A DNA stretch of 64,000 nt, taken from positions 14,941-78,940 of the forward strand of contig DATAUK010000042.1 in NCBI GenBank assembly GCA_036268295.1. The letters run 5' to 3'. Origin of the DNA: Mycobacteriales bacterium (GTDB lineage Bacteria > Actinomycetota > Actinomycetes > JAFAQI01). Each line of letters starts with the position of its first letter. The first letter of the stretch is position 1. This document shows positions 1 to 9,454 of the stretch, in pieces. The position numbers were made by a program, and so were the translations under genes. Under the pieces are notes generated by a model. The model did no database searches. It worked only from the letters and a program-made list of their open reading frames with translations, and was not told where the DNA came from.

Positions 1-129
1 CGGGCACCTCCTTCGCTGCGTCGGTCGGTCGCGGTCAGGCCATGACAAGTTGCCTCGGCCAATGACTCGGACAATAAAGGCTGAGCCTCCGCCGCGCAAT
101 CTATTTATCGGCCGGTCGAGGTCACGAGT

Positions 130-996
130 TCATTTCGATCCCGAGAGCACCCGCAGCAGACCTTCCTGGACCACCGAGACGACGTGGCGGCCATCGCGGG
201 TGAACAGCCGCCCGATCGCCAGGCCACGCGCTCCCGAGGCGCTCGGCGACTGCTGGTCGTAGAGCAGCCAGTCATCAGCGCGGAACGGCCGATGAAACCA
301 CATCGCGTGGTCCAGGCTCGCCACCATCACGTTGCGGTTGTCGTCCCAGGTCAGGCCGTTGGCGAGCAGCACCGAGTCGAGCAGCGTCATGTCGCTGGCG
401 TAGGTGACCGCACAGACGTGCAGCAGCGGGTCCTCGGGCATCTCGCCATTCGCCCGAATCCACACCTGCTGGGAGTTGCGCGGGGTGAGCGCCGCACTCG
501 CGAGCCAGGGCGGGTCGTCGACGTACCGCAGGTCGATCGGCACCTGCCGCTCCCAGCGTTCCGAGGACGGGATGCCGGCCGCCTCGCGGCGCTGGTCCAT
601 CGTCATCAGTGTCTCCGGCGCCGGTGCGTCCGGCATCATGCCCTGGTGCTCGACGCCGGGCTCTTCAATCTGGAACGACGCCGAGAGATGAAAGATCGCC
701 TTGCCGTGCTGCACCGCGACCACGCGGCGAGTGGTGAACGACCGGCCGTCGCGGATCCGGTCGACCTCATAGACGATCGGAATCGAGGGATCACCCGGGC
801 GGAGGAAGTAGGCATGCAGCGAGTGCACGTGGCGCTCGACCGGCACGGTTCGACCAGCCGCGACGAGCGCCTGGCCGGCAACCTGTCCACCGAACACCCG
901 CTGCACCGACTCATCCGGGCTGAGGCCACGGAAGATGTTCATCTCGAGCTGCTCGAGATCGAGAATCGTGAGCAGCGCGCTCAGTTCTTCAGCCAC
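130..996 (-). CDS. tesB: acyl-CoA thioesterase II
   Basis: 288-aa ORF with a TesB-like double-hotdog sequence (LDLEQLEMNIFRG, FGGQVAGQAL, HSLHAYFLRPGD). GTG start at 996. Confidence 0.85.
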   Translation of the reverse strand: MAEELSALLTILDLEQLEMNIFRGLSPDESVQRVFGGQVAGQALVAAGRTVPVERHVHSLHAYFLRPGDPSIPIVYEVDRIRDGRSFTTRRVVAVQHGKAIFHLSASFQIEEPGVEHQGMMPDAPAPETLMTMDQRREAAGIPSSERWERQVPIDLRYVDDPPWLASAALTPRNSQQVWIRANGEMPEDPLLHVCAVTYASDMTLLDSVLLANGLTWDDNRNVMVASLDHAMWFHRPFRADDWLLYDQQSPSASGARGLAIGRLFTRDGRHVVSVVQEGLLRVLSGSK

Positions 997-1007
997 GCCG
1001 CCGGACT

Positions 1008-3005
1008 TTATCCGCGCAGCAGGCTGAGCACTTCATCCGCGTACTGCTCCAGCTTCTTCGGCCCGACCCCAGGCACCGCCGCGAGCTCGCCGCGATCGGC
1101 CGGTGAGCGAGCGGCAATCTCCTCGATCGTCTTGTTGTCGAACACGACGTACGCCGGAACCCCGTCGTCACGCGAACGTTGCAACCGCCAATCACGCAGC
1201 CGCTGCACGACCGGGTCGTCGGACAGCGCCCGCTTGGTCTTGGCCGGCCGCTCGGCAGCCGGCGTCGCCGGGCGGATGCCGTCGAGAAACCTCGACGGTT
1301 TGCGCGAGCGCCGGCCGCCCGCGGCGCGGGCCAACGCCCAGGACAGCGCGATGTGCCGGCGGGCCCTGGTCACGCCGACGTAGAGCAGCCGGCGTTCCTC
1401 CTCGACCTGCTCAGGTGTGGTCGCGTGCGTGATCGGCACCGTGCCGTCGACCAGGCCGACCAGGAACACCGCGTCCCACTCGAGACCTTTGGCCGAATGA
1501 AGCGAGGCGAGCGTGACGCCCTCGACCGGCGGCGCATGTTGGGCGTCGGCGCGAGCCGCGAGTTCGGCGACGAAGTCCTCGATCCCGGCGGCGGGATCTG
1601 CCGCGGCGAACTCCTCCGCCAGCCCGACGATGGCGCGCAGCGACTCCCAACGCTCCCTCGCGGCGCCGGTCGCCCCAGGTGGCTCGGCGGTGAATCCGGC
1701 CGAAGACAGCACGTCAGTGACGGTCTCGACCAGGGTCACGGTGTCGTGGTCGGCGGCCGAGCGGGCCGCGCCGCGCAGATAGACCACTGCCTCGCGGACC
1801 TCGGGCCGCTCGAAGAACCGCTGGCCGCCGCGCAGCAGATATGGGATGCCGGCTTGGGTGAGCGCTGCCTCGTAGCTCTCGGACTGGGCGTTGACCCGAA
1901 ACAGGATCGCCATCTCCCGATAGGCAACGCCTTGCTTGTGCAACCCGCCAGCTGCTGCGGCAACCGCGGCCGCCTCGGCCGGCTCGTCGTCGTAGGAGTC
2001 GAAGCTCGGGTCGGGACCGTCGCCGCCCTGCGCGTGCAACCGGGAGCCGGCGACGACCCGGTTGGCCAGCTGCACCACCTGGTTGGTCGAGCGATAGTCA
2101 CGCATCAGCCGGACAACCGTCGCGCCCTCGAAGCGCTTGGCGAAATCGCGGAGATAGGACGGCGAGGCGCCGCTGAACGAGTAGATCGTCTGGTTCGGGT
2201 CGCCGACGACACACAGGTCATCACGATCACCGAGCCAGGCGTCGAGCAACCGTTGCTGCAACGGGCTGACGTCCTGATACTCGTCGACCGTGAAGTGGCG
2301 ATAGCGCTCGTGGACCTCCGACGCGATCCGCTTGTCGGTCTCGATCGCGCCGGCCATCAGAAGCAACAGGTCCTCGAAGTCGAGCTGGCCACGCTCAGCA
2401 TTGACCCCCTCATAGGCCGCGAACACCCGGCGTACGACGTCGAGCGCGAACGGCGGCACCCGGTTGGCGGCGAGCGCCCTGGCGGCGTAGTCGTCGGGCT
2501 CGACGAGGGCAGCCTTCGCCCACTCGATCTCCGAAGCGAGGTCGCGCTGCTCGGGGATCGACACCGAGAGCCGGCACTTGCTCGCCGCGGCTCGGATCGC
2601 CCCGAGCTTGCTCTCGACCAGCGTCGGTCGCGGGCCGTCGGAGATGTGGGGCCAGAAGTACTGCAGCTGACGCAGCGCCGCGGAGTGAAACGTCCTCGCC
2701 TGCACGCCTTCGACACCGAGCAGCCGAAGCCGCGACCGCAGCTCGCCGGCCGCCCGGGTGGTGAAGGTGACGGCGAGCACATGCTGCGGCGCGACCAGCC
2801 CGCCGTGAGTCTGGTAGGCGATCCGGTGGGTCACCGCCCGAGTCTTGCCGGTGCCGGCGCCGGCCAGGATGCACACCGGTCCTCGTGGCGCTTCGACCGC
2901 CTCGCGCTGCTCGGCATCGAGATCGGCGAGCACGCGTTCCATCGGCCCGCCGGTCGCGAGGCTGACCCCGGCCGAACCGGCGGGGTCGAGCACATCGGTG
3001 GGCAT
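1008..3005 (-). CDS. uvrD2: ATP-dependent DNA helicase UvrD2 (SF1 helicase + C-terminal HRDC)
   Basis: Walker A AGAGTGKT, DEYQD, VGDPNQTIYSFSGA and VGVTRAR motifs. C-terminal HRDC-like segment (AYVVFDNKTIEEIA...VPGVGPKKLEQY). The frame is open to 3101. ATG 3005 is preferred because GAGGA lies about 7 nt upstream. Confidence 0.85.
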   Translation of the reverse strand: MPTDVLDPAGSAGVSLATGGPMERVLADLDAEQREAVEAPRGPVCILAGAGTGKTRAVTHRIAYQTHGGLVAPQHVLAVTFTTRAAGELRSRLRLLGVEGVQARTFHSAALRQLQYFWPHISDGPRPTLVESKLGAIRAAASKCRLSVSIPEQRDLASEIEWAKAALVEPDDYAARALAANRVPPFALDVVRRVFAAYEGVNAERGQLDFEDLLLLMAGAIETDKRIASEVHERYRHFTVDEYQDVSPLQQRLLDAWLGDRDDLCVVGDPNQTIYSFSGASPSYLRDFAKRFEGATVVRLMRDYRSTNQVVQLANRVVAGSRLHAQGGDGPDPSFDSYDDEPAEAAAVAAAAGGLHKQGVAYREMAILFRVNAQSESYEAALTQAGIPYLLRGGQRFFERPEVREAVVYLRGAARSAADHDTVTLVETVTDVLSSAGFTAEPPGATGAARERWESLRAIVGLAEEFAAADPAAGIEDFVAELAARADAQHAPPVEGVTLASLHSAKGLEWDAVFLVGLVDGTVPITHATTPEQVEEERRLLYVGVTRARRHIALSWALARAAGGRRSRKPSRFLDGIRPATPAAERPAKTKRALSDDPVVQRLRDWRLQRSRDDGVPAYVVFDNKTIEEIAARSPADRGELAAVPGVGPKKLEQYADEVLSLLRG

Positions 3006-3109
3006 CAGTGCATCCTCGCAGCCGCCGCCGACGGTTTTGTCCGCGGCCGGGAAGGTGTGGGCAGCCAGTGGCGTTGTGGATGGCAGACCCGACACGAACA
3101 AGGAGAGTC

Positions 3110-3349
3110 ATGACCGGCCGGCTCACGATGTACACCACGACGTGGTGCAGCTACTGCGTTCGCCTCAAGCGAGGGCTCGAGGGTGCCGGCGTGGAGTTCG
3201 ACGAAGTCAACATCGAAACCGATCCGGCGGCTGCCGACTTCGTGCTCAGCGTGAACGGCGGCAACGCCACCGTGCCGACCCTCGTGCTCGCCGACGGCCA
3301 GGTCATGACCAACCCGCCGCTCGCAGCGCTGCTCGCCGCCGTCAGCTGA
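3110..3349 (+). CDS. mycoredoxin / glutaredoxin-like protein
   Basis: About 80 aa with a thioredoxin-fold CxxC site (TTWCSYC) and the TVPTL motif. AGGAGAG lies immediately upstream of ATG 3110. The upstream extension to 3008 is Arg-rich and judged spurious. Confidence 0.8.
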   Translation: MTGRLTMYTTTWCSYCVRLKRGLEGAGVEFDEVNIETDPAAADFVLSVNGGNATVPTLVLADGQVMTNPPLAALLAAVS

Positions 3350-3447
3350 GGGCTGCCTCGAGCACCGTACGGCGCAGATCGGCCACTACAGCATCAACGA
3401 CGGCGGCGGCCTCAACCAGGCAAAAGCCATTGCGACAACGCGTTCGC

Positions 3448-3467
3448 GCGCGCTGAGGCAAGCGCGC
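3448..3467. terminator. short GC hairpin between convergent genes (candidate bidirectional terminator)
   Basis: GCGCGCT-gaggca-AGCGCGC: 7-bp perfect stem with a 6-nt loop, between the mycoredoxin stop (3349) and the minus-strand stop (3484). No U-tract. Confidence 0.3.
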
Positions 3468-3483
3468 TCGGTTCGGGCGCGGC

Positions 3484-5433
3484 TCAGGCTAGGCAGAAGT
3501 GCACCGGCCGCTTGCCGACATGGCGGTGGCCGCCGCGGAGCTCAGTTCGGCTCGCCGTCACGGTCCACAACGGCTGGGAGTTCGCGTCGAGCAGCCCGAC
3601 CAAGGCACGCGTCTTGTTAGTCGCGCTGACGACCAGATCGCTGCAAGAGTGCCCGCTGACCCGTACGCCGTACGCCAACTGGCGCTTCAGGCCGGTCGAA
3701 CCGACGAGCCGGCGAGCGTAGAACCGGTTGCCGGTGGCACCGTCGTACGCCGACAGCTCAAGCCCACTGCCCCGAGGCTCAAAGGTGACGAGGTCGACAC
3801 CGCTGCCTCGTTGCAGGCTGCCCGCTGTCGCGACGCCAGCCGGCTCGTGGATCAACCGTCCGTCCCGCCCGGACAGTACGCCGTGCACCCGGGCCATGTG
3901 GTGGCCGGACTTTGCCGTCAGGCCGACGACCAGATCGTTCGAGCCGTCCGGCTGGACGTCGCGGATCGGCTGGATCAGGATCGCGAACGACGACGAGGAG
4001 AATCCCGATGGCGAGGTCGCGACCTTGATGGTTGCGGCCATCGCTCGGTGATAGACCACGTCGCCATTGCGCTCCCGCGCGCTGAAGGCAGCCCGCACCG
4101 TCTCCGACTTCGAATCGCCGCGCTCGCCTGTCCGATCGATCAGTCCGACCGCCGGCACCCGCTTCGGGCCGGCCTTTCCGAGTCGGAAGCCGCACTGCGC
4201 CGGGACCGTCCACATCAGCCGTCCGTTGACGCCGTTGATGAGTGACACGGTCGAGTGCGCTCCGCCGAACTCAGCGTCGTTCGAGACGACGAGGTCCGGA
4301 GCGGCCGAGCCGCCCAGGTGACCGACCGAAGTGATCTGGCCATCCCCACCGACTGGTACGCCGGACGACGCCCAGATCCGCGCTCCGGTATCGCCACGTT
4401 CGGTCACGATCCGACCGTTGGTGCCGGGGTCGATGACGGCCAGGTCGTCGAGCCGGTCGCGGTTGAGGCTTGGCACCGGCACGACTTCGGGCGCTGCGAC
4501 GCGGGATCTCGCCACCGGACCGCGGGCTTCGACGACACCCGTCCTCGCCGAGATGATCTCGGCTTGGTCGCTCCCATTCTCCGAGCCGTCCAACTTGCCG
4601 GTCACGTTGATGACGTCGACCAGAAGGTCGTGGCCCCGGCGCGCAACATCGTGGATGTCGCCGATCACCACCGGGAAGTTGGTCAGCGTCTCAGTGTCGC
4701 CCTGGACACGAAGCTGACCGGTCAGCTTGGTGGTCCACAGCGGTGCACCGCTGCCGCTGAGCGCGCGGACCGTGAGGGTATCCAATGTCGTACCGGTTTC
4801 GGTGAACGGTTCGGACTGGTCGACCAACAAGACGCCCGGCCGATTGGCTGGTCCGACGCGGTCGACGTCCGGGAACGGGATCGACAGGCTGTACTTCGTG
4901 CCGAGCATGACCCGCGACCACAGCGCCGCGCCGGTGCGCGCGGAGCGAGCAGTGACCCCAGCGTCGATAACGCCGTGCGAGACGCCCAGCCGGTAGTCCA
5001 GGACATCCGGTCCGTCATTGCGATTCAGATCACCGGCAGGCAACAGAGCGGTGAGCTCGGTGTGAGCCGACACCGCGGCAGCTGCCGCATCTGGTGCCGG
5101 CCCGGTCGACGCGCTCCCCGATCCGCCACTCTCGTCGACCAGGCACTGCGGGCTCAGCCCCTCCAGCTCCCCCAAAGTCGGGGCGCCGCCGTGATCGACC
5201 GCGGGGAGCTGCGCCGCGAGCAAAGCGCGGTCGGCCTGGCGCGGCGATCGAGCCGCCAGCATTGCCGCGGACATGGCCGCCGACTCGGCCGCCGCCACAC
5301 CAGCAGGGCTCAGCCGGATGCCGGAGGCGGCCGGCTGGGGGCGTGCCCCGCCGTCGACAGCGAGTGCCTGGCCGCCGGTCGAGGCGAGGACGGCGACGGC
5401 CACGGCGATGACCAGGTGTCGGTTACGGCGCAT
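3484..5433 (-). CDS. secreted FG-GAP/VCBS-like repeat (beta-propeller-like) protein
   Basis: Signal-peptide-like N-terminus MRRNRHLVIAVAVAVLASTGGQALA. Recurrent D-x-N/D-x-D-G-x-x-D-L-V-like motifs (GDLNRNDGPDVL, DVQPDGSNDLVV, SAAPDLVV). Start at 5433 (Met41 of the ORF) avoids overlapping the upstream gene. Confidence 0.6.
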   Translation of the reverse strand: MRRNRHLVIAVAVAVLASTGGQALAVDGGARPQPAASGIRLSPAGVAAAESAAMSAAMLAARSPRQADRALLAAQLPAVDHGGAPTLGELEGLSPQCLVDESGGSGSASTGPAPDAAAAAVSAHTELTALLPAGDLNRNDGPDVLDYRLGVSHGVIDAGVTARSARTGAALWSRVMLGTKYSLSIPFPDVDRVGPANRPGVLLVDQSEPFTETGTTLDTLTVRALSGSGAPLWTTKLTGQLRVQGDTETLTNFPVVIGDIHDVARRGHDLLVDVINVTGKLDGSENGSDQAEIISARTGVVEARGPVARSRVAAPEVVPVPSLNRDRLDDLAVIDPGTNGRIVTERGDTGARIWASSGVPVGGDGQITSVGHLGGSAAPDLVVSNDAEFGGAHSTVSLINGVNGRLMWTVPAQCGFRLGKAGPKRVPAVGLIDRTGERGDSKSETVRAAFSARERNGDVVYHRAMAATIKVATSPSGFSSSSFAILIQPIRDVQPDGSNDLVVGLTAKSGHHMARVHGVLSGRDGRLIHEPAGVATAGSLQRGSGVDLVTFEPRGSGLELSAYDGATGNRFYARRLVGSTGLKRQLAYGVRVSGHSCSDLVVSATNKTRALVGLLDANSQPLWTVTASRTELRGGHRHVGKRPVHFCLA

Positions 5434-5441
5434 GGCCGGCA

Positions 5442-6278
5442 TCATGTCCCAAAGCCACCGCCTGGGTCGGCCGATGCCAGAAACTGGTTCACAACCGTGA
5501 CGGTGTGCTCGGGCTGATCGGTCCAGAACAGGTGCCCGGCACCGGCCATCCAATCCAGTCGTGCGCCGGGAATCGCAGCCGCGATCAGCTCGGCGTTCCC
5601 CGGCCGCACCAGCTTGTCGGCGGTGCCGTGGATCACCAGGGTGCGCGCGGTGATCTCCGGCAGCCGGTCGAGCATGCCGCGGTGCTGTCGCATCGCGTCG
5701 AGCTGACCCCAGTACGCCGTCGCCCGAAGGGCATAGCGCACCCGGGCAGCGATGTCGCCGTCGATGTCATCGCGCGATGTGGTCTCGGAGTAGAGAAATG
5801 GGATCGACGCCTCGATCACCTCTCTTGCCGACCGCGGTGTGCGGTCCATCAGCATGGTGGCGGCCGCCGAGTCCATCCGCACCGCGTCCTGACCACCCGG
5901 GTGGGTGCAGCCGAGGATCAACGCGCCGACCCGGTCGGGATGCCGCCAAGCGAGCTCTTGCGCGATCAGCCCGCCCATCGACACGCCGAAGACATGGGCG
6001 CGCTGCACCCCGGCGGCGTCGAGGACGTTGACGACGTCGTCGGCCATCTCCTCGATCGTCCACGGCGTCGGCGGGACGCTGCTGCGCCCGACGCCGCGGT
6101 TGTCGAAGCGGACCGTGCGCCGTGGTTCCGACAGGCCCGCCAGAACCCGAAACCACAGGTCGGCGGTGTAGCCGAGGCCTTGGATCAGCAACAACGGCGG
6201 AGTGCCCTCGCCCTGCCCGGTGAACCACAACGTCACGTCGTCGTTGGTGGTCACTGACACGCCTCGATCGTCTCTCAC
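5442..6278 (-). CDS. alpha/beta hydrolase fold protein
   Basis: PLLLIQGLG oxyanion region, nucleophile elbow GVSMGG, and a C-terminal HG...AGH catalytic His region. GTG starts are possible at 6278 or 6260. GGAAGG lies 5 nt before 6278. Confidence 0.8.
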   Translation of the reverse strand: MRDDRGVSVTTNDDVTLWFTGQGEGTPPLLLIQGLGYTADLWFRVLAGLSEPRRTVRFDNRGVGRSSVPPTPWTIEEMADDVVNVLDAAGVQRAHVFGVSMGGLIAQELAWRHPDRVGALILGCTHPGGQDAVRMDSAAATMLMDRTPRSAREVIEASIPFLYSETTSRDDIDGDIAARVRYALRATAYWGQLDAMRQHRGMLDRLPEITARTLVIHGTADKLVRPGNAELIAAAIPGARLDWMAGAGHLFWTDQPEHTVTVVNQFLASADPGGGFGT

Positions 6279-6293
6279 TGCTACCTTCCGGCG

Positions 6294-7097
6294 ATGGCGA
6301 GTGCCCTTGAAGCGCTAGTGGCGGACCTACAGGACGAGTCCGACGAGCTCAGCGGGATCCTCGCCGGCGCCGGACCAGCCACCTTGGCGACCGCGACGCC
6401 AGCCGCGAACTGGACGGTCGCCGACACCGTCGGACACCTTTGGTTCTTCGACCGCGAAGGACGCCGCGCCCTACAGGATCCGGACGGTTTCGTTGCCGGG
6501 ATCGCAGACCTGCTCGCCGATCCTGAGGCTTTCATGGCGGGTCACCTCACCGAGATCCGTCGGCTCGGCGAGTCGGTAGTGCCGGCTTGGCAAGAGGAGC
6601 GGCGGCTGATCACCTCCGCACTTCGCCGGACCGATCCGGCGATGCGGGTTCCGTGGTACGGCCCGCCGATGTCGCCGATGTCGTTCGCGACCGCGCGACT
6701 GATGGAGACCTGGGCACACGGCCAGGACATCGTCGACGCGCTTGGCGTGACCAGGCAGCCGACCGACCGGCTCCGCCACGTCGCCCATCTCGGCGTCCGC
6801 ACCCGGGAGTTCTCCTACGCCGTGAAGGGCCTCATCGCCCCCGACGTACCCGTGTTCGTCTCGTTGATCGGACCCGGTGGCGACGAGTGGACCTGGGGCG
6901 AGCCCGATTCGCCGGAGCGGGTCACCGGACCGGCTCTGGACTTCTGCCTGCTGGTCACGCAGCGCCGGCTGCCCGACGATCTCGGGCTGACCGTGACCGG
7001 CGACGCTGCAGCCGAATGGCTGTCGCTGGCACAAGCCTTCGCCGGCGGTCCGTCAACGACCGACGGGAATCGGTCGGGACTAGAGCGCCGGGGCTAG
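6294..7097 (+). CDS. mycothiol-dependent maleylpyruvate-isomerase-family / DinB-fold protein (TIGR03084-like)
   Basis: N-terminal DinB-like pattern (PAANWTVADTVGHLWFFD) and about 267 aa, typical of this actinobacterial family. Recognised from memory, not searched. Confidence 0.7.
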   Translation: MASALEALVADLQDESDELSGILAGAGPATLATATPAANWTVADTVGHLWFFDREGRRALQDPDGFVAGIADLLADPEAFMAGHLTEIRRLGESVVPAWQEERRLITSALRRTDPAMRVPWYGPPMSPMSFATARLMETWAHGQDIVDALGVTRQPTDRLRHVAHLGVRTREFSYAVKGLIAPDVPVFVSLIGPGGDEWTWGEPDSPERVTGPALDFCLLVTQRRLPDDLGLTVTGDAAAEWLSLAQAFAGGPSTTDGNRSGLERRG

Positions 7098-8567
7098 GTC
7101 CTCCTGCCGGTTCGCGTCGACCTTGGCCGGTCGCTTCTTCATCGTCGATGCCGCGTCGGCGTCATCGATCGTGAAGGCGAAGCTCGCCGCCAGCAGCGCG
7201 ATCAGCGCCGCGGTCAGGAACGCCCAATGGAACGCGGCCAGGTTTGCCGCCTGGTGTCCGTCGACGGCGTGACTCACCCCTACCGCGGAGATCACCGTGG
7301 TCAGCAACGCGACGCCGAGCGCGCTCCCGACCTGGCGCGCGCTGTTGAACAGCGTGGAGGCGCGCCCCATCCCCGACGGCTTGATCGTGGCGAACGCGGC
7401 CGCCTGCGACGGCACGAAGACGTGGGAGATCGAAAGGCCGAGCGCGAACATCAACGCCCGGATAACCCACAAGCTGGTCGAGAAACCGACCAACCCGAAG
7501 GAGCCGATCACAAGTGCCACCGCGATCAGACCTGACGTCATCAGCCGCCGCGGACCGAAGTTGGCGTAGAGCCGGGTCGCGAACTGCGCGCCGATCATCA
7601 CGCCGAGCGCCTCCGGAAACGTGCTCAACCCCGAGCCGAGAGCGGATAGCCCGAGCCCGTCCTGGAAGAACAGCGCGGCGAGGTAGAGGGTGCCGAGAAA
7701 GCCGGCCGTCATCACGAAGATCACGATCGTCGTCGTACGGAACAACTTGTTCTTTATCAGCCGGAAGTCGATCATCGGGTCGGTGACTCGCAGCTCGTAA
7801 ACCACGAGCGCGGCAAGAAGGACAGCCCCGAGGATTCCGGTCGCAATGATCAGCGGGGTCGACCAGCCACGGCTCGGGCCTTCGGACAGCGCATACATCA
7901 GCCCCGGCAGGCCGGTGCCGGCAAGCAGGAAGCCGCCGCGGTCGAACCGGCCCGGCTCGGGCTCGCGGTTCTCGTGCAGGAACAGCGCGCCGAACACCAC
8001 GGCGGCAAGGCCGATCGGCACGTTGACGTAGAAGACCCAGCGCCACGACACGTCGGTCACGAGCAAACCGCCGACCACGGGACCGAGCGCCGGCGCGAAA
8101 GCGGTTGGCACCACAAGGATCCGGGAGGCCCGCACCCGCTCGGCCGGCGGGAACGTGCGGAACAGCATCGCCATCCCGACCGGTGTCAGCATGCCGCCGC
8201 CGACACCCTGCAGGATCCGGAAGATGACCAGCTGGGTCAGGCTCTGCGACAGCCCGCACAACGCCGAGGCGGCGGTGAAGATCAGCAGCGCAGTCAGCAT
8301 GACACGCTTCATCCCGAACCGATCGCCGAGCCACCCCGATACCGGGATGAAGACGGCAAGGCTGACCAGGAACCCGACGACGACACTGTCGATGTGCTCG
8401 GGATTGACATTGAAGTCACGGGCCAGCTGCGGCAGCGCAACGTTGACGATCGTGATGTCCATGATCGTCATGAACATCGCGAGAACGAAGACGATGCTGA
8501 CCGAGATCTTCGGGTTCAGGCGGTCGGCAAACACAACAGGTGCAAACAGTACGCCGGACCCTGGCAT
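7080..8567 (-). CDS. MFS transporter, DHA2 (EmrB/QacA) drug-efflux family
   Basis: 495 aa with about 14 hydrophobic segments. MFS motif A-like GWLGDRFGMKRV and motif C-like region. Typical DHA2 N-terminus (FMTIMDITIVNVALP). Confidence 0.85.
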   Translation of the reverse strand: MPGSGVLFAPVVFADRLNPKISVSIVFVLAMFMTIMDITIVNVALPQLARDFNVNPEHIDSVVVGFLVSLAVFIPVSGWLGDRFGMKRVMLTALLIFTAASALCGLSQSLTQLVIFRILQGVGGGMLTPVGMAMLFRTFPPAERVRASRILVVPTAFAPALGPVVGGLLVTDVSWRWVFYVNVPIGLAAVVFGALFLHENREPEPGRFDRGGFLLAGTGLPGLMYALSEGPSRGWSTPLIIATGILGAVLLAALVVYELRVTDPMIDFRLIKNKLFRTTTIVIFVMTAGFLGTLYLAALFFQDGLGLSALGSGLSTFPEALGVMIGAQFATRLYANFGPRRLMTSGLIAVALVIGSFGLVGFSTSLWVIRALMFALGLSISHVFVPSQAAAFATIKPSGMGRASTLFNSARQVGSALGVALLTTVISAVGVSHAVDGHQAANLAAFHWAFLTAALIALLAASFAFTIDDADAASTMKKRPAKVDANRQEDLAPAL

Positions 8568-8574
8568 TCCATGA

Positions 8575-9432
8575 TCAGAGGCGCTCGAGCCATCCGGTGA
8601 TCAGCCAGTGCGCGATCGACGCCGACGGCGGAAGTGCGCCGTGGCTCTCGCGCAGCTCGTCGCGGGTGAACCACCGCACGTCCTCGAGTTCGTCGTCGAG
8701 GGTTTCGACGGTGCCACCGACGACCCGCGCCTCGTAGCCGAGCATCAGCGACGCCGGGAACGGCCACGGCTGGCTGGCTCGATACGTCAGGTCGTCGATG
8801 AGGACACCGGTCTCCTCCCGGACCTCCCGATGCACGCACTGCTCGGCTGACTCCCCGGCCTCCACGAAACCCGCGATGGTCGAGTAGCGGCCGACCGGCC
8901 AGCTCGGCTGACGTCCGAGCAGCGCCCGGTCGCCGCCGTCGTGCAACAAGACGATCACCGCCGGATCGGTTCGCGGGAAGTGCTGCGAGTCATCGACATC
9001 GCAATGCCGCGACCAGCCGGCCTGGGTGACCGTCGTCGGGGCCCCGCACCGCGGGCAGCGGGTGTGGTTAGCGTGCCAGTTGCTCAGTGCGATCAGCGTG
9101 ACGAGCAACCCGGCGTCACGATCGCCGAGCGCGGCACCGACCTCACGCAGTCCCATCGGCCGGCTGCCCAGCTTTTTGGGTAGCTCACCCACCATCCCCC
9201 AGTACGCCGTACCGTCCTCATCCACACCGAGCAGCAAGCGGAGCCGGTCCGCAGCCGCCGCCGCGGAGTCGGTGAAGACCAGCGTGGGCCCGTCGTCGCC
9301 GACGCTCGCGCGGCCATCGGGATCTACGGTCAGCAATCGTCCCGACGTCCACGCCTCAGCGAGCCAGCCCCGGTCATCGCGTTTGGCGGCCCCGCGATCG
9401 ACGACGGTGCGGGACAACGTTGGGACGCTCAC
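8575..9432 (-). CDS. nudC: NAD(+) diphosphatase (NADH pyrophosphatase)
   Basis: Zinc-ribbon CPRCGAPT...RHC followed by a Nudix box GFVEAGESAEQCVHREVREETGV. Confidence 0.85.
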   Translation of the reverse strand: MSVPTLSRTVVDRGAAKRDDRGWLAEAWTSGRLLTVDPDGRASVGDDGPTLVFTDSAAAAADRLRLLLGVDEDGTAYWGMVGELPKKLGSRPMGLREVGAALGDRDAGLLVTLIALSNWHANHTRCPRCGAPTTVTQAGWSRHCDVDDSQHFPRTDPAVIVLLHDGGDRALLGRQPSWPVGRYSTIAGFVEAGESAEQCVHREVREETGVLIDDLTYRASQPWPFPASLMLGYEARVVGGTVETLDDELEDVRWFTRDELRESHGALPPSASIAHWLITGWLERL

Positions 9433-9454
9433 CGACCAACCCTAGTGCCGCCGG

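Noticed and set aside
1179-3113. 644-aa plus-strand ORF.
   Set aside because: It is entirely antisense to the well-supported uvrD2 gene. It is Arg/Gly/Pro-rich with no motifs, a typical high-GC shadow ORF.
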